Of a stretch of DNA of 64,000 nucleotides, positions 61,917-64,000 are shown piece after piece. A program made the position numbers and the translations under genes. Under the pieces are notes generated by a model, which did no database searches, was not told the DNA's origin, and worked only from the letters and a program-made list of their open reading frames with translations. Numbering within the stretch: the stretch's first letter is position 1; each line of letters starts with the position of its first letter. The stretch comes from Chromatiaceae bacterium (GTDB taxonomy: Bacteria; Pseudomonadota; Gammaproteobacteria; Chromatiales; Chromatiaceae): contig JAXGTD010000007.1 of NCBI GenBank assembly GCA_040775095.1, positions 946 to 64,945 on the forward strand. The letters are read 5' to 3'.

Positions 61917-63155
61917 TCAGACATCGGCGACATCGGCACGGGCGCCCTCGGGGACGATCAAGACCTCGGGCAGCGGCCAGGACAAGACCCAGGCCGCCAG
62001 CACGAACCCGGCCGACCACCACAGGCAGCCCTCCAACCCCTGAGTCTGATAGACCAGGCCGGAAAGCACGGTCCCCGCCAGGCGGCCGCCCGCGTTGGCC
62101 ATGTAATAGAAGCCGACGTTCATCGAGACCTTTTCGAAGTCCGAATAGGCCAGGATCAGGTAAGAATGCACCGCCGAGTTGATCGCGAAGACCGCGCCGA
62201 ACAGGATCAACCCGGTCATCAGCACGGGCCCCGGCGGCCAGCCTTGCATCAATGCGAGGGCGATCCCGGCCGGGAACGCGCTCAGGACCAGCGCCCAGAC
62301 CCGGGCGGTGCCACCGCCGGGTCCCCTGCCATGGTGAAGCCTGCGAATCAGCCTTGGCGCCGCCGCCTGCACGAGGCCGTAACCGATGACCCAAGACGCC
62401 AGAAAGCCGCCCACCTGCATGAAGGACCAGCCCAACACCTCGTAGAGAAACACCGGCAGGCCCACGACGAACCAGACATCGCGCGAGCCGAACAGGAAGA
62501 ATCGGGCCGCCGACAGCCAGTTGATGGCCGGCGTCTTGGAGAACACCTGGGTGAACTTCGGCTTCGACTTCATCTTGCCGACCCCGCTCGGCAGCACGAT
62601 CGCGGTGGCAACCAGTACCACGGCCAATGCCCCGGCGAGCACGGCCAGCGCCCCGCGGAAGCCGATCCACTCCAGCAGCGCCGCGCCGACAAAGAATCCG
62701 AGGCCCTTGAGCGCGTTCTTGGAGCCCGTCAGTACGGCCACGTATTTGAACAGCTTGGACTCGCCGCCATGCTCGCCGGTGAGCGTCTTGACCGTCGCCT
62801 TTGCTGACATCTTGTTCAGGTCCTTGGCGATGCCCGAGAGAGCCTGGGCCAGCATCACGTAGGCCACCGAGAGCCAGGGGTCGGGTGCGGTGAGCATGAG
62901 CAACGCCACCACCTGCATCCCCATGCCAATGTGCATGGTCAGGTTGAGCCCGATCCTTGCACCGAGCCAGCCGCCAACCAGGTTGGTGACGATGCCGAAC
63001 ACCTCGTAGAAGAGGAACAGCATGGCCACCTCGAATGGCGAGTAACCGAGCATGTGGAAATACAGCACCACCAGCATGCGGATGGCGCCGTCGGTGATCG
63101 TGAAGGCCCAATAGCCGGCCGTGACGGTGATGTAGTTGCGGGTAGTGCTGTTCAT
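61917..63155 (-). CDS. arsJ: MFS transporter ArsJ (organoarsenical / 1-arseno-3-phosphoglycerate efflux permease)
   Basis: Start MNSTTRNYITVTAGYWAFTITDGAIRMLVVLYFHMLGYSPFEVAMLFLFYEVFGIVTNLVGGW is the characteristic ArsJ N-terminus. The ORF has 12 TM-like segments. It is co-oriented with, and downstream of, a GAPDH gene, which is the known arsJ-gapdh pairing. Confidence 0.8.
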   Translation of the reverse strand: MNSTTRNYITVTAGYWAFTITDGAIRMLVVLYFHMLGYSPFEVAMLFLFYEVFGIVTNLVGGWLGARIGLNLTMHIGMGMQVVALLMLTAPDPWLSVAYVMLAQALSGIAKDLNKMSAKATVKTLTGEHGGESKLFKYVAVLTGSKNALKGLGFFVGAALLEWIGFRGALAVLAGALAVVLVATAIVLPSGVGKMKSKPKFTQVFSKTPAINWLSAARFFLFGSRDVWFVVGLPVFLYEVLGWSFMQVGGFLASWVIGYGLVQAAAPRLIRRLHHGRGPGGGTARVWALVLSAFPAGIALALMQGWPPGPVLMTGLILFGAVFAINSAVHSYLILAYSDFEKVSMNVGFYYMANAGGRLAGTVLSGLVYQTQGLEGCLWWSAGFVLAAWVLSWPLPEVLIVPEGARADVADV

Positions 63156-63162
63156 GGCCCTT

Positions 63163-63432
63163 TCATTTCCAGAGTGTCCACACGCCAATGGCGATGAAGC
63201 CGATACCGGCGATCAGGTGTAGCGTCCGCTCACTGACATACTGCGAGATGAGCCCACCACCCAAAACGCCCAGCGCGGACGTGGCGATGAGCGCCAGTGA
63301 GGCGCCGATGAAGACCAGCCATTTGCTGACATCCTTGTCCGCGGCGAAGAGCAACGTGGCAAGTTGCGTCTTGTCCCCCAGCTCGGCGACGAACACCGTG
63401 GCGAAAACCGTGGCCAGCACCTTCCAGTCCAC
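63163..63432 (-). CDS. UPF0016 (GDT1/TMEM165) family single-domain membrane protein
   Basis: 89-aa ORF with a GTG start. It has the E-x-G-D-K-T motif (AELGDKTQLATLL) and three TM segments. It starts 1 nt after the gap stop and ends 7 nt before the arsJ start. Confidence 0.8.
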   Translation of the reverse strand: MDWKVLATVFATVFVAELGDKTQLATLLFAADKDVSKWLVFIGASLALIATSALGVLGGGLISQYVSERTLHLIAGIGFIAIGVWTLWK

Positions 63433-63433
63433 G

Positions 63434-64000
63434 CTACAGGCCTCCAGCGACCATGCGCACGATGTCCATCATGCGGTTCACGTAGCCCCACTCGTTGTCG
63501 TACCAGGCGTAGACCTTCACCTGGGTGCCATCGACGACCATCGTGGAGGGGGCATCGACGATGGACGAGCGCGGGTCGTTGAGATAGTCCACGGACACCA
63601 GTGGGCGCTCCTCGTAGCCCAGGATGCCGGCGAGCTCACCCTCGGCGGCGGCCTTGAACAGGGCATTGATCTCCTCGGCGTTGACCGGCCGCGCGGCCTC
63701 GAAGACAAAGTCGGTGAGCGAGGCGTTGAGCAGGGGCACGCGTACCGCGTGGCCGTTGAGCTTGCCGTCAAGCTCCGGGAAGATCTTGGTGATGGCCTTG
63801 GCCGAGCCGGTGGTGGTGGGGATCAGGGATTGGCCGCAGGCCCGCGCGCGGCGCAGGTCCTTATGGCCCAGGTCGACGATGCGCTGGGTATTGGTGATGT
63901 CGTGGATCGTGGTCATGCAGCCGTGGACGATGCCGATCTGCTCGTGCATCACCTTCACCACGGGTGCCAGGCAATTGGTGGTGCAGGAGGCCGCGGTCAC
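63434..64000 (-). CDS. gap: Glyceraldehyde-3-phosphate dehydrogenase, C-terminal part (5' end beyond the right window edge); ArsJ-associated type
   Basis: Contains the active site [21 protein letters not shown] and WYDNEWGY. The stop is TAG at 63434-63436. Confidence 0.9.
   Translation of the reverse strand: MTAASCTTNCLAPVVKVMHEQIGIVHGCMTTIHDITNTQRIVDLGHKDLRRARACGQSLIPTTTGSAKAITKIFPELDGKLNGHAVRVPLLNASLTDFVFEAARPVNAEEINALFKAAAEGELAGILGYEERPLVSVDYLNDPRSSIVDAPSTMVVDGTQVKVYAWYDNEWGYVNRMMDIVRMVAGGL

Overview
This is a 64 kb stretch of a high-G+C gammaproteobacterial chromosome. Gene content and synteny suggest a Chromatiales/Ectothiorhodospiraceae-like organism, but that is inference only.

Most of the window is conserved core. 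It holds partial nadE, smpB, tpiA-secG-tRNA-Leu(GAG), and a complete 14-gene nuoA-N operon with nuoC and nuoD unfused. It then holds a PfkB adenosine kinase, a MrfA/MrfB-like helicase-exonuclease pair, an OmpA-family lipoprotein, adk, cnoX and trxC, and carAB-greA. Further on are a lone type IV pilin, a DsrE-like protein, PIN-PhoH2, bcp, gcvR, dapA-bamC, an MBL hydrolase, an LMW-PTP, cydDC and recCBD. The window ends with a visibly low-G+C methyltransferase and a gap-UPF0016-arsJ arsenate module that runs off the right edge.

The only clearly accessory block is about 24.3-31.3 kb, between the OmpA-family gene and adk. It is a type I restriction-modification locus with embedded cargo: hsdM, a DUF1016 gene, fic, hsdS, an AlbA_2/HATPase_c_4 ATPase and hsdR. 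Every gene except fic carries inactivating lesions:
- hsdM has two in-frame stops and one frameshift.
- The DUF1016 gene is truncated.
- hsdS is reduced to its C-terminal tail and replaced by a palindromic repeat cluster.
- The ATPase is frameshifted at a T9 run and carries a 72-bp in-frame insertion.
- hsdR has lost its helicase core.

Other unexplained signals:
- An ~81-nt structured intergenic repeat is present in two copies 32 kb apart.
- A cluster of four perfect hairpins lies upstream of the pilin gene.

I see no CRISPR array, rRNA, integrase or transposase. I do not see a clear-cut novel multi-gene system. The best candidates for follow-up are the retained Fic gene in the dead R-M locus, the helicase-exonuclease pair, and the two repeat/hairpin families. 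All homology statements come from my recognition of motifs in the translated ORFs, not from searches.
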